A stretch of DNA of 61,207 nucleotides, the filler included, from Diploschistes diacapsis (taxonomy: Eukaryota), in assembly GCA_023645945.1 (NCBI GenBank). It is 10 parts of 10 records of this genome, joined end to end, with 100 filler letters (N's around TTAATTAATTAA, not from the genome) between each part and the next. Parts side by side here need not be neighbours in the genome. Positions count along the whole stretch, not along the records: positions 1 to 6,066 come from JALAIB010001442.1; positions 6,167 to 12,222 come from JALAIB010001443.1; 8 more parts are not named here. One strand, 5' to 3'. The notes beneath the pieces are model-generated. The model worked only from the letters and a program-made list of their open reading frames with translations. It was not told where the DNA came from and ran no database searches. Of this stretch, positions 1-10,265 are shown piece after piece. Each line of letters starts with the position of its first letter. Within the stretch, counting starts at the first letter, position 1. The position numbers and the translations under genes are program-made.

Positions 1-706
1 TCCTAACCTTCCTCACCCTTTCCGTCTCCTTCTGAAACCTCCTCAACCCGAGAAACCCGCCAAAAAACTGACTCACAACCCACCCCCACCACAACCTCCC
101 CAAAAACCTCACATTCCACCTCCTCAATCTTCCCACCAACACTCCCGACTCCGAAACATGCAGTCCCATGATAACCCCCCAAATCCACCAGTGCCAACCT
201 TCACACACGCTTCTAGCCCCCTGCATAAACCCCGGCGCAAACAGCGTCCGGCCCAGGACCGACTCCGGCGCGAAATACGCTCCGTCCGTGAACAGCACCA
301 TTCCCGCCACCACGCCAGCCATGACGGCATACTCGAGCGGTGTGGGGGGGACGAAGCGCGTCACGGCGTCCTGGGGCTCGCGGCCCAGCTTTGCGCTGGC
401 GACGGCGTCGAGTTCGACCATGCGAGCGCGGGCCGAGCCGAGCGAGGGCAGGGGCGGCGAGAGGGGGATGGTGTATTCGCGCGGGGCCGAGAGGAGGGTA
501 CGGGACGAGCGGAGCGTTAGGGAGGCGGGGGTGATGTCTGTGAGGGTTGGGTGGCGTGAGGCGAGGTGAGAGGCGGGCGTGAAGGCTTCGAGATATTTGG
601 AGAGGGAGAGAGTGTGGTCGGCGTTCATGTGGGTGATTATGCGGGCGCGGAGGGCGGGGTCGGAGGAGGAGGAGGAGGAGGAGGAAGAGGAGGAAGAGGG
701 AGACAT
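1..706 (-). CDS. DUF2470-domain integral membrane protein, 3'-truncated at window edge
   Basis: Manual translation from ATG 706: MSPSSSS...DPALRARIITHMNADHTLSLSKYLEAF...TIPLSPPL...ARARMVELD, then hydrophobic segments and GLHVSE...WWGWVVSQFFGGF. The RII-x-HMNADH motif is typical of DUF2470. The frame stays open to the window start, so it is absent from the ORF track. Confidence 0.8.
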   Translation of the reverse strand, partial: MSPSSSSSSSSSSSSDPALRARIITHMNADHTLSLSKYLEAFTPASHLASRHPTLTDITPASLTLRSSRTLLSAPREYTIPLSPPLPSLGSARARMVELDAVASAKLGREPQDAVTRFVPPTPLEYAVMAGVVAGMVLFTDGAYFAPESVLGRTLFAPGFMQGARSVCEGWHWWIWGVIMGLHVSESGVLVGRLRRWNVRFLGRLWWGWVVSQFFGGFLGLRRFQKETERVRKVR

Positions 707-1111
707 GGTTGAGAAGGGAGAGATGGAGGATGGGGTGCAAGAGGAGCAGGTTAATCTCGTGTTGTAGTGTGCTGGAGAGAGGAAGAGGGGCGGTTGTGTG
801 GAGAGCGTGGATAGGGATTGATAGTGTTTAAGGAGGGGTTTCGGGCGTCTGGCCTCCACTAGTGATTAGATGGTCGATATAACTTCTATCGACAAGTGCA
901 ATTCGAGGGCTGTGAAGGAATTAATCATTGTACGGATGCGTAAAAAGTAGGTGGATAGGTGCGCCGGTTCCTAATATAGTAGTTAATATATATTCTGACC
1001 TAATCCTAACTAGGAAGTTATGTCTAGCCTGCTTAGTCTCTTTAGCCGACTATTGTTCAGTAACGCTATTGTTGGACGGGGGTTGCCTCAGGACCTAAAC
1101 CCTATAGCTGA

Positions 1112-1644
1112 TGCGCCAGGTTTCGCCGATGCTTGAGCTTAAGCCCCTTTCAGGTTAGTCTCCCGGTTAAGCTTTATTCAGGTTAGCGGATGCTGATTTA
1201 ATCGTCAGCTGCTATAGGGTCTGGGGGCGAAAGGTCATATTTGAATTGCATTGCCCAGCTGGTGGATTACCCTCATATCTTTTGTTGTGATCGTAGCTTT
1301 TTGTTGCGACCGTAGCTTTTGGTTCGTAGTTTTTTGTTCGTAGCTTTCGATCGAATACCTCGTCCGTTGGATGCCGAGTATCGTATGTTGAAACGGGATT
1401 TAGCCGCTTAGGATTAGGCCAGGTTGCAAAGCCTGGAGCGAAGAACATTCGGAAGTGGCAACACTGGGGTTCGAACCCACGACCTTTCGTCGAAAAGATC
1501 TGCCATGTCGCCATTCTCGCCATATTGTATAAATTATTCAATTCTGTACGTTAATAGCAAAAAAATAATAATATTTAGCGTAAATTATTAGTATCCGCTA
1601 ACCGGAATGGGGCTTAGGTTCTAGCGCCGGCGAAGCCTGGCGCA
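1112..1644. mobile_element. MITE-like element bounded by imperfect ~50-bp inverted repeats
   Basis: Left TGCGCCAGGTTTCGCCGATGCTTGAGCTTAAGCCCCTTTCAGGTTAG versus reverse complement of the right end TGCGCCAGGCTTCGCCGGCGCTAGAACCTAAGCCCCATTCCGGTTAG. No credible coding capacity. Four internal CGTAG(C/T)TTT repeats at ~1291-1347. Confidence 0.55.
1456..1529 (-). pseudogene. degenerate tRNA / tRNA-derived (SINE-head-like) sequence
   Basis: A-box-like TGGCGAGAATGG, B-box GGTTCGAACCC within a T-arm TGGG/CCCA, and 3' acceptor strand TGTTGCC-A. The 5' acceptor strand reads TACAATA instead of the expected GGCAACA, and the anticodon arm does not pair. Confidence 0.6.
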
Positions 1645-2104
1645 GCGACGTCCGACGTCTCTAAATACGACGTTTGTCACAACCCCCAGTGACGTTCCTG
1701 GCTGCGCAGCATCAGAACTACTTTTGCAAGGTCAAAATATCACATATCAGTAAATCCGATGTCGAGAAAAGTGTAATTTGCTTCGTGTACTCTTGGCCCC
1801 TATTGAGATCTTTCCTTTATTGTTGTTTTCGTGTTGCCCGTCAGGGAGTTCCCTGCGCTTGACGATCGCGAATTTACAGGAATCACACAACAAGCTGCCG
1901 GAAACACCGACTGGCACATGACTATAGCAGCACGCCGCCACGCTGTCGCCTGCCAAACCGCCATCAGGTGGAGCTTCTGCGCATGGGAACAATCTCATAG
2001 AGCTCAAATCACTACCAAATACATGCTCGGACTGTAACTCGTATGAGGGAAAGAAAAAGACAAAGAGCGAGCAAAAATTCCGCAAACTCCTCGAGCGGGA
2101 AGCA

Positions 2105-4983
2105 ATGAAGTTCTCCCACAGCGTCCAATTTAACGCTGTACCGGAATGGAGCAGCCACTACATCAATTACAGCAACCTCAAGAAGCTGTAGGGCCCTAGA
2201 ATGGTAGACCGCGCGTGGCGGTCTGAGTTGGCCGCGACGTAGGAAAAGCTGACGGCTGTTTGCAGGATATATAACCTCGAGAAAGCCGTCAACCTATCAT
2301 CAAACCACTCTGACGATCCCGAATTGTCGCCTCTGCTTACGGATCACGACCATGACCCGGACGTGGTCTTCTCTCGCGCCTTGGACTCTGAACTTGAAAA
2401 GATTGAATCCTTCTATCAGCTGAAGGAGTCAGAGATCTTCAGGGAGATCGAGGGCCTGCTGAAAGATGAGGAGGAATACGTCGCGGATGCGGACGCGGCA
2501 GATCTGGAGCAACTTGAGGATGGTAAAGTCAAGCATACCAAGATGCGGTCGAACAGTCTCTTCCGAACATCATTAGGCTTCGGTGGCCGTCCACGGAGAG
2601 GCAGCATGATAAGCGCATCAATTAGCAATATCGAAGAGGAAGATGACAGCGATGATGAAGAAGCGGACGAGACAGTCGCTCTCAGGGGAAATGCCATGAA
2701 GCGCTCCAAGACAATAGATGCCGGGCGGCCCGGTGCGGACAGCATGCAGAGCTCGCGAGAGCTACCTGCGCGGATACGCAAAGACAGCGCAGGGACGGAC
2801 GACTTCAGCTCGCAAGCACTTCAAGCCCTCTATAACTCTGGCATTACATTAAAGAAGAGAACCATCAGTCACTACGTCAGTCTCTGCGAGCTGAAATCCT
2901 TCATTCAGCTCAATAAAACTGGGTTCTCCAAAGCTCTCAAGAAGTACGATAAGACTTTGGACCGAAAGCTAAAGTCGAAGTACATTGAGAAGAAAGTGAA
3001 CCAAGCTCACCCATTCCAGACTGCAACTGTAGACCGCATAGACGACTCTATACGAAGAACTGAAAGAGTCTACGCCGACATTGTGACCAAAGGTGATGTG
3101 GCTATAGCGAGGAAGGAGCTTCGGCTACACTTGCGAGAGCATGTCGTTTGGGAAAGAAATACGGTATGGCGAGAGATGATTGGCATTGAGCGGAAGGCGC
3201 AAGCTGCGAACCTCGGCACCAGACGGACTCTGCTGGGTGGCACTTATGCGATTGGAGATGCACAAAAGCAAGGGGATGAGCTGGACATTGAAGCTACGAA
3301 GGAGGTCTCCACGCCTGTTGGGAAATATACTTGTCCGAGGTGGCTGTTCAGCCTGACGTTCTTTACACTTATCGGGGTTATTACAGTCTTCGCGGTTTTG
3401 CTTTCCGTGCCGTTCATGGATAGCCCGCAGCAGCAGAATTGTTTGGCGATGCTGGTGTTTGTCAGTCTGCTATGGGCAACAGAGGTAGGCAACCGTACCC
3501 TCCTTGGTTCACATTCTCACCCTTATGCAGGTTATACCGCTCTTTGTGACATCGCTACTCATCCCATTCCTTGTCGTTGTGTTGAGAATTATGGATTCGG
3601 AGGATGGCTCGAATACCAGGCTAAACGCCAAAGACGCCACCAAGCTTGTTTTTGCAGCTATGTGGACTCCAGTCATTATGCTCCTCCTTGGTGGCTTTAC
3701 CATAGCAGCCGCCCTATCCAAATATCACATCGCCAAACTCCTCGCCACCCTTGTCCTAAGTAAAGCCGGCAACAAGCCACAGGTCGTGCTGATCACCAAC
3801 ATGTTCGTCGCCATGTTCCTTAGCATGTGGATCAGCAACGTTGCCGCTCCTGTCCTGTGCTTCTCTATCGTTCAAGTATGCCCTTATCTGACATCCCCCA
3901 GCGTTCTTCCCCTGAACCCCGTCGCATGTTAACATCTCCAAGCCCCTCCTCCGCAACCTCCCTGCCGACTCCAACTACCCCAAGGCTCTCATCCTCGGCA
4001 TCGCGCTTGCTTCAAACATTGGCGGCGCCGCTTCGCCCATCGCTTCCCCCCAAAACATAATCGCGTTGCAAAACATGTCCCCTGACCCTGGCTGGGGCCA
4101 ATGGTTTTTTGTCGCACTTCCCGTGTGCATTCTCTCCATTCTACTCATTTGGGGCCTTTTGCTAGTTACGTTCCCATCGAAGGGCACCCACATCGTGCCA
4201 ATACGCCCGGTAAAAGACAGATTCACGGGCTTGCAGTGGTTCATCAGCATCACCACTCTCGTGACCATCGTACTCTGGTGCTTCAGTCACCAGCTGGACG
4301 GCGTATTCGGCGACATGGGCATCATCGCCATCATCCCAATGATACTCTTCTTCGGCTCCGGCATCCTGACGAAAGAAGACTTCAACAACTTTCTCTGGAC
4401 CATTATCATCTTGGCGGCGGGCGGCCTCTCGCTTGGCAAGGCCGTCTCCTCCTCGGGCCTGCTCCATACGATTGCGCTGGGTATTACGGACCGCATCCAG
4501 GGCTTCAGCCTGTATGGCGTGTTGGTCGTGTTCGCGTCTTTGATACTCGTCGTGGCGACCTTCATCAGTCACACGGTGGCCGCGCTGATTGTCCTGCCGC
4601 TCGTCCAGCAGGTCGGCAAGAACATGGAGAATCCGCACCCGAATTTGCTGGTTATGGGGAGCGCGCTGATGTGTAGTGCAGCTATGGGGCTGCCGACTAG
4701 TGGATTTCCGAATATGAGTAATATGTCCCTCCTTACCTTTCGGCCCATCTCTACTCACTCACCTTTTCCTCCCCTCACCCTTTTTTTTATGACTTTTCAG
4801 CCAGATTGTTGAGCCTTATTGACTGACAAATATCTAGCGGCGATTATGATGGAAGACTCTCAAACGGGGCAAAGGTACTTGAAGGTTAAGCACTTTATCA
4901 GCAGAGGCATTCCGAGTAGCGTTATGACCTATGTTGTGGTCATCAGTGTCGGATACGGGTTGATGATCATCGCTGGATTCTGA
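2105..4983 (+). CDS. SPX-domain low-affinity phosphate transporter (Pho87/Pho90/Pho91, SLC13 family)
   Basis: Starts MKFSHSVQFNAVPEWSSHYINYSNLKK (SPX); contains LNKTGFSKALKKYDK, MWISNVAAP, ASNIGGAASPIASPQN, TFISHTVAA and SGFPNM. Introns ~2188-2266, 3485-3530, 3876-3942, 4718-4837; stop TGA 4981-4983. Confidence 0.95.
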
Positions 4984-5271
4984 GTGAGATAGAGGAGCCT
5001 TCTTCTTTTTCTGGAAAATTTATTGCATCTAGTTACGGACACTTGGGGCAAAGGAAAGGAGCATTATAAGGGAGCGTATACCAGATCATCCTGTCTTGTT
5101 TCCACGGATAGAAAGGATATGTTTGAAGTCTTTTCCATACCCGCAAATTTCACCGAATCTTCCCTGGGTGGACGATTGAACAGGATATGCGTATGCATCA
5201 ATATGCCGCTTAGCCAGAAAAGATCTATGTAGTCCGGAACACCAGCATTGCCGCTCCTTTCCATCACTCCA

Positions 5272-6066
5272 CTACAAATTCGTCAAATAATCCTCTATCT
5301 CCTCCTTACTCAACTTCCTAAACCTCTGCCCCTGTGCGCCCTCAACACCCTCGTACCCCAACAAATGATTCGCCGGTGGCCCAACAATACCTGTAAACAC
5401 ATCACATTAGCCTTGTCAAATCACCTCACCCTGACCCCATTTCCTCTTCCCCTCCCCATCCTCATCAGGTCAGGCTCATGTCAGAAACACTCACCAATCT
5501 CCACCGTCTCCCCATTCATCTCCCCCTCAATCGTCTCCTTGAGCGTCAGCAGCGCAATGTGCACTGCATCCTCCAGCTCCAGATCATCTTTATACCGCTT
5601 CTCCAGAAATGTCTTGGCGCTCGCCGCGCTCTTGCCGATCGCCGTCGCCTTCCACGGGAAAAAACTGCCCGACGGATCGACCTGCCACAGACTCGGCCCC
5701 CCCTTCAGCACGCCGCCGGTCTTGCCTTTCGTCTTGGCCGCTTTCCGCTCCGCTTCTGTTTCGATCTCCGCAGTGGCGTCGGCCTCACCGGCACCCTCCG
5801 ACGGGGGCTCGATGCCCTCGTCCCAGCCTGCAACGAGCAGCGAGACGCCGTAGGGACGCACGCCGCCGGATTGCGTGGCTTCTTGCATCACGCGCGCAAC
5901 GTCCTGCACTAGGATGCGGGTTGGCGGGTATTCGTTGTAGATGCGCTTGTAGCCGGTGTGCGAAACTTTGCGAGCGCGATCGACCAGGATGCGGTAGTCT
6001 GGGCCCATGCCCGAATAGACCATGCCGATGTTGGGGGTTATGAGGGAGACTTTGGAGAGGGAGGGG
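5272..6066 (-). CDS. PRE8: 20S proteasome subunit alpha-2, 5'-truncated at contig end
   Basis: [64 protein letters not shown]; final exon ...EIEDYLTNL* after an intron at ~5391-5494. Confidence 0.95.
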
Positions 6067-6166
6067 NNNNNNNNNNNNNNNNNNNNNNNNNNNNNNNNNN
6101 NNNNNNNNNNTTAATTAATTAANNNNNNNNNNNNNNNNNNNNNNNNNNNNNNNNNNNNNNNNNNNN
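6067..6166. other. artificial 100-nt contig spacer with TTAATTAATTAA linker (also 12223, 18374, 24513, 30652, 36786, 42895, 49002, 55105)
   Basis: Identical N44-TTAATTAATTAA-N44 structure at nine sites; the linker places stops in all six frames. Confidence 0.98.
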
Positions 6167-6421
6167 CCCCCCCTCCCCTCTCACATCAGCACCAGCCTCG
6201 GCACCCATCCCATCCCATTCTCATCCTCCCCACTCCGCAACCACGGCGTCACAAGCCCTCCGTTCCGTTCGGGGCGTTGTCGGGCGCTCTCGCGCCCTGT
6301 TTGCATATGGAAGAGCTATGCGGCTGCGGCGCTAAGGGTGGATTGGATGGGTTGCGGTGGAGAGGAAGAGGAAGGGGAAGGGCATGTTGCCGATGGCGAT
6401 GATTTGGTAGCGCGGTATGTG

Positions 6422-7056
6422 CTGGAGAGGGGAGAGGAAGGAGAGAGATGGAAAAGGGGGGGGGAGGAAATGAAAAAGTGAAAGAAGGCGCAATTGGTGG
6501 TTAGCTTAGCGGAGGAGCGGGCTAGGGGCGCGGTTTGCAGTAAATATAAGAGGTATGTAGGGTTGAAGAATGAAGCGAGCGCTGATCCCCGTACACACCA
6601 AAAAAGAAAAGGAAACGGAGTAAAACCGCTCTGATACTTATGAAGCAGCTCCCAGAAATGCTATGCTTTGTCTTTTTTACCTACGATCTCGACGCTGGTC
6701 CACGCGCCTTCGAAACCCCCCGAGACGCTATTCTTAGCTATCGAACAAGTCCCCGACTGGCCTGAACGGCACAGGTGCTTCGTGGACCTTGGCGGACGGC
6801 GTGCTGTTGATTCCAAGCCTAGGCTTGATCGATGCTATGAACTCACTCGGCAGCCTCCAACCGCTTGGGCCTGAGCTTCGCTTTTGTAAAGGTGGTTACG
6901 TGAACGGCAAGGCAAGGGAAGGCGTCAAGAAGTCGGAATGACATTGAGGACGGGGTCTGATGGGGGTTGCCCTGTTGATCATCGAGATGGGATTTTGTGA
7001 AGAAAAAGGGGGGAAGTCAGAGCACGACTGACTTTGTGCGTAATAACGGTGCTTAC
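6422..7056 (-). ncRNA. candidate structured non-coding RNA with Sm-like site and non-canonical AUAAGU splice signal
   Basis: No credible ORF. Minus strand has stems GGTCCACG/CGTGGACC and CTTGACGC/GCGTCGAG, then ATTTCTGG (6659-6652), ATAAGTAT (6641-6634), branch point GCTAAC (6505-6500), and an AG-free pyrimidine tract to CAG at ~6422. Confidence 0.4.
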
Positions 7057-7427
7057 TGTTTTCCAACTAATACGGTATATAAGAAACTCGGGAATTGACA
7101 GACGCTCTGGAATTACCGGATGTGTTCCTTCCTTGACGGTAGATTACTAGAACACGCTGTTTGCAATGTATGTTACAAGAAAGAAACTCAAGAGCCAGCG
7201 GACATCCCTTGTCCAATCCATTGAGATGTCTGCACCTCACAATCCATACCCCCCTTTACATATGCTCCATTAGAATATCTAACAACGAACAATGCTAATA
7301 ATTTATCCCACCACGCTATGCCTCGAAACCCATTACAAACGCCCACGGTGCCTCTATCCACCTCCCAGCACAGAAAGGCCAAGCATAAGTGCTCCATTGC
7401 CCGCAACAACACCTATCCCTCTCATCA

Positions 7428-10265
7428 TCAAGGCACGAAAAGCCTTGAAAACCCCACAACCTCCTGCCGACAGCACACACACGTTCCGAAATTATTCATC
7501 GCCAAACTAACCCGACACTCCTCGCACAGACTCAAGCACCTACATGGCCAAGCAAGGATAGTCCGCGGCGTGCTCTGGCAGACCACGCACATTGGCCCAC
7601 CGGGCCCGAGGCCCTCGGCGCCCTCGTGCCAGCTTTGTGCGTCGGCCGATGCGGACGATTTCGACTGGTTATTGCGGAAACGCACGATGAGGTATTCGAG
7701 AACCTCTGCCTCTTCCACCGGCGTGAGTTTGCCGGAAGGGTCCGAGGGTCGGAAGTTTGCTGGTCGATACTTTGTAGAAGTCAGAAGACGTGCGCTTTCA
7801 GAGTTTGATAGGCGGGAGTATTGGGAGCGGGTGAGGGGCTTGGAGTTGGCGAGGTGTGCGGCGAGCATGCGGGCCTCGTCGCGCTCCTCGAGCGTGCAAG
7901 GGTTTAAGAGCTGTGCGAGACGAGCCGCGTCTAACGTGGTGTCGTGATTGGCGTGCGCTGTGGACGGATAGGGGTCCGCGAGCGTTGGCGTTCGACGGCC
8001 TGGCAAGTCGGATTCCCACTCTGAGTCACTGGTCGCTGTAGAGGCAGACACGACTGATGTAGTGTCATCCTCCGGAGTTGAAGGCCGGTAGTCACCACTG
8101 CTGTCTCGTTCGCCCCACCATCCGCCATGGGTGAACCAGGAATAGAGTCTAGAATCTAGCTGTGCTTCCTGCTCCTGTCCCCACGATGGATTTACTGCTC
8201 GAAGTCGCTTCTTCGTCTCTTGCTCGACGTCTACATTGCCGTCATGGGGTAGGCTGAGCTCGCCATCGTCTGACAAAATCCAGAACTCCAGCTCCTTGAG
8301 TGTGGATGTCTCTGAAGCCCTTCCAGACTGAATTCCCCCCTTCGGTATTGGAAGCATCTTCCGCATCCATGCCGGGCGCCAAGTGAGCCCAAAACTGCTC
8401 AACAACTTATCAACGGTCAATATTGTCCACCCAATAGTCAACCAAAAGATCTTTGTAAGGAAATTGAAAGCAAGCACGTAGCGCGCAGAACGTTGAAACG
8501 CGCCGATCCCTTCCTGGTTGCGTGGACCGGACCCAATTGACTTGCCTTTGAATGTCTTGGTGGTGCGTTCCTGCGAATATCCACTTCTCCATCTTGGTTG
8601 CTTGAGGAAATTTCCATCCTGATCCCCGCTGGATGATTGCTCGAAAGCGACTTTGCCTTCCATGCCAACATGCCGACTTCGAAGAACGTCATTCATTCGG
8701 TCTTCCTCAAGCCAAGTCCATTGGCCAACGTTAATGTGTTTGCCTTCATTCAAGAAAACAGCTTCGCTCGCTGCCATCAGAGCAGAGAAACCTATCCTGA
8801 GCAACGCCGTATAGAAATCTTCATGCCAACGCAGCCTCAACCCCGATAGCTGCGCGTTAGCCTGCATATTTTGATGAGCAAGCTGAAACCGCTCACGAAT
8901 GGTGAGGCTTCCAGGCGTTCCCTCTGGCGGAGAAAGGACCGACAGCACAAGCGCAATGCTATAAACGCAACCACAAAAACATATTCCAGCGAGAATGAGA
9001 ATGTGCGGAATGAAGCCTACAACACAAACCGTAGGGAACCGGAACAGACCGCTGTCGAGGTTCATGGTGAAGAAGCCCCACATGAAAGAACTCATGAAGC
9101 ACAAGCCCCATATTGCCGTGTTTAACAGCCTGTATTTAGACTGTATCCCGAGGACGCCAAGAATGTGACTACTAAGGTTATCTAGGCACGAAATAAGTGC
9201 CATTAGGAGTACTTCTGGAGGAGTATTGAAGCGCGAGAGAATGATGCCCTTCAATGGGAGCAGTATCGGGTCACCCGCTTCGCGTTTGCTCTCGAGCAGT
9301 TTGCCGATCTGGCTGGAAACCTTCGCAAGAGGAAGGCTGATCTGGGTCCCGACCATCGCCTCTGCTTCGGCGAAAGCAAGAGAATGCTCAAACAGGGTCA
9401 TTCCAGTTTCAGTTGCCGCAGCTCTTCCTTCAACGGCGCAAGACAAGGTCTCGATGAGATGGCTGAAACAAAAGGCAAGAAAGGCAGGCCAAAGAAGCGA
9501 TAGAGACCCAAATGCTTGCGTTGGGTTATCCTTGGTAGGTATCATCTGTATACTCAGACACGAAGCTTCCTCCGATTCCCAAAACAGCAGCAATGAGCTG
9601 AGCCGATGGAAAAAGCCATCTTCCCCTGCAAAGTCAAGGGCAATGCTTTGATTGTGTTTCCCATATCTCCTGAACGAAAAGTCAGGTGAAGTCTGACATC
9701 TCATGGCTCGAAGTTGTGATGAAGCTTGACCGAAGAGCACAAGGATGGGTAGGATTCGGAGAACAACTCTCAACTGCCAATTGAGGCGGAGGTGACGGCG
9801 AGCGGCGGCGTAGATTGAAGTTCTATTCAGAATGACCGCCGCAGCGAAACAGCCGAGAGCCCACTTGCTTGTCATGTAGGAGAATATGCCGCTAAACGTC
9901 CGTATCTGGCGAAAAGTGAACGCCTGAAGGATAGCGCTGGTGTTTGGCGTTCCGGTCTCCATAGGGACTCCCCGAGCTGTGATCGCTGCTCCACCTGTTG
10001 CGCTCACCGCTGCAGCTATATTTCCAGCTCTTTCACCAGTTGCTTCCGCTATGGCTCGACCCGTTATTCCTCCACCGAACATGTTTTCGAAAGCCTCTGG
10101 TATTCCTTCGGTGACGAAACTGCCTGCTTTGGCGGCCATGCGCGGGACAACTAGTAGCAGATCTTTGGGTGATGGAGCCAGGAGAGAAGTCGCATTTGTT
10201 GTCGCCATCTTCAGAGTGTTCCAGCTAGCAGCCGTGATCGACTGTGTAGCCTCTGCGGAATCCAT
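7428..10265 (-). CDS. ASI3: Asi1/Asi3-like multi-pass membrane RING E3 ubiquitin ligase
   Basis: 945-aa single ORF with several TM segments, ETGMTLFEHSLAFAEAE, and a C-terminal RING CVVCQSTPRTILAWPCRCLSLCEECRVSLAMNNFGTCVCCR. Confidence 0.85.
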   Translation of the reverse strand: MDSAEATQSITAASWNTLKMATTNATSLLAPSPKDLLLVVPRMAAKAGSFVTEGIPEAFENMFGGGITGRAIAEATGERAGNIAAAVSATGGAAITARGVPMETGTPNTSAILQAFTFRQIRTFSGIFSYMTSKWALGCFAAAVILNRTSIYAAARRHLRLNWQLRVVLRILPILVLFGQASSQLRAMRCQTSPDFSFRRYGKHNQSIALDFAGEDGFFHRLSSLLLFWESEEASCLSIQMIPTKDNPTQAFGSLSLLWPAFLAFCFSHLIETLSCAVEGRAAATETGMTLFEHSLAFAEAEAMVGTQISLPLAKVSSQIGKLLESKREAGDPILLPLKGIILSRFNTPPEVLLMALISCLDNLSSHILGVLGIQSKYRLLNTAIWGLCFMSSFMWGFFTMNLDSGLFRFPTVCVVGFIPHILILAGICFCGCVYSIALVLSVLSPPEGTPGSLTIRERFQLAHQNMQANAQLSGLRLRWHEDFYTALLRIGFSALMAASEAVFLNEGKHINVGQWTWLEEDRMNDVLRSRHVGMEGKVAFEQSSSGDQDGNFLKQPRWRSGYSQERTTKTFKGKSIGSGPRNQEGIGAFQRSARYVLAFNFLTKIFWLTIGWTILTVDKLLSSFGLTWRPAWMRKMLPIPKGGIQSGRASETSTLKELEFWILSDDGELSLPHDGNVDVEQETKKRLRAVNPSWGQEQEAQLDSRLYSWFTHGGWWGERDSSGDYRPSTPEDDTTSVVSASTATSDSEWESDLPGRRTPTLADPYPSTAHANHDTTLDAARLAQLLNPCTLEERDEARMLAAHLANSKPLTRSQYSRLSNSESARLLTSTKYRPANFRPSDPSGKLTPVEEAEVLEYLIVRFRNNQSKSSASADAQSWHEGAEGLGPGGPMCVVCQSTPRTILAWPCRCLSLCEECRVSLAMNNFGTCVCCRQEVVGFSRLFVP

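Noticed and set aside
124..767. ORF-track proteins in this interval
   Set aside because: Shadow frames of the DUF2470 gene, which lies in an unlisted minus frame.
1456..1529. Functional tRNA gene
   Set aside because: The acceptor stem has two terminal mismatches and the anticodon arm cannot form.
6167..7100. Canonical telomerase RNA, RNase MRP, U1 or TPP riboswitch
   Set aside because: No TAACCCTAA template; AAGTCCCCG lacks a matching CR-V; ATACTTAT is not followed by U1 sequence; no TPP aptamer core.
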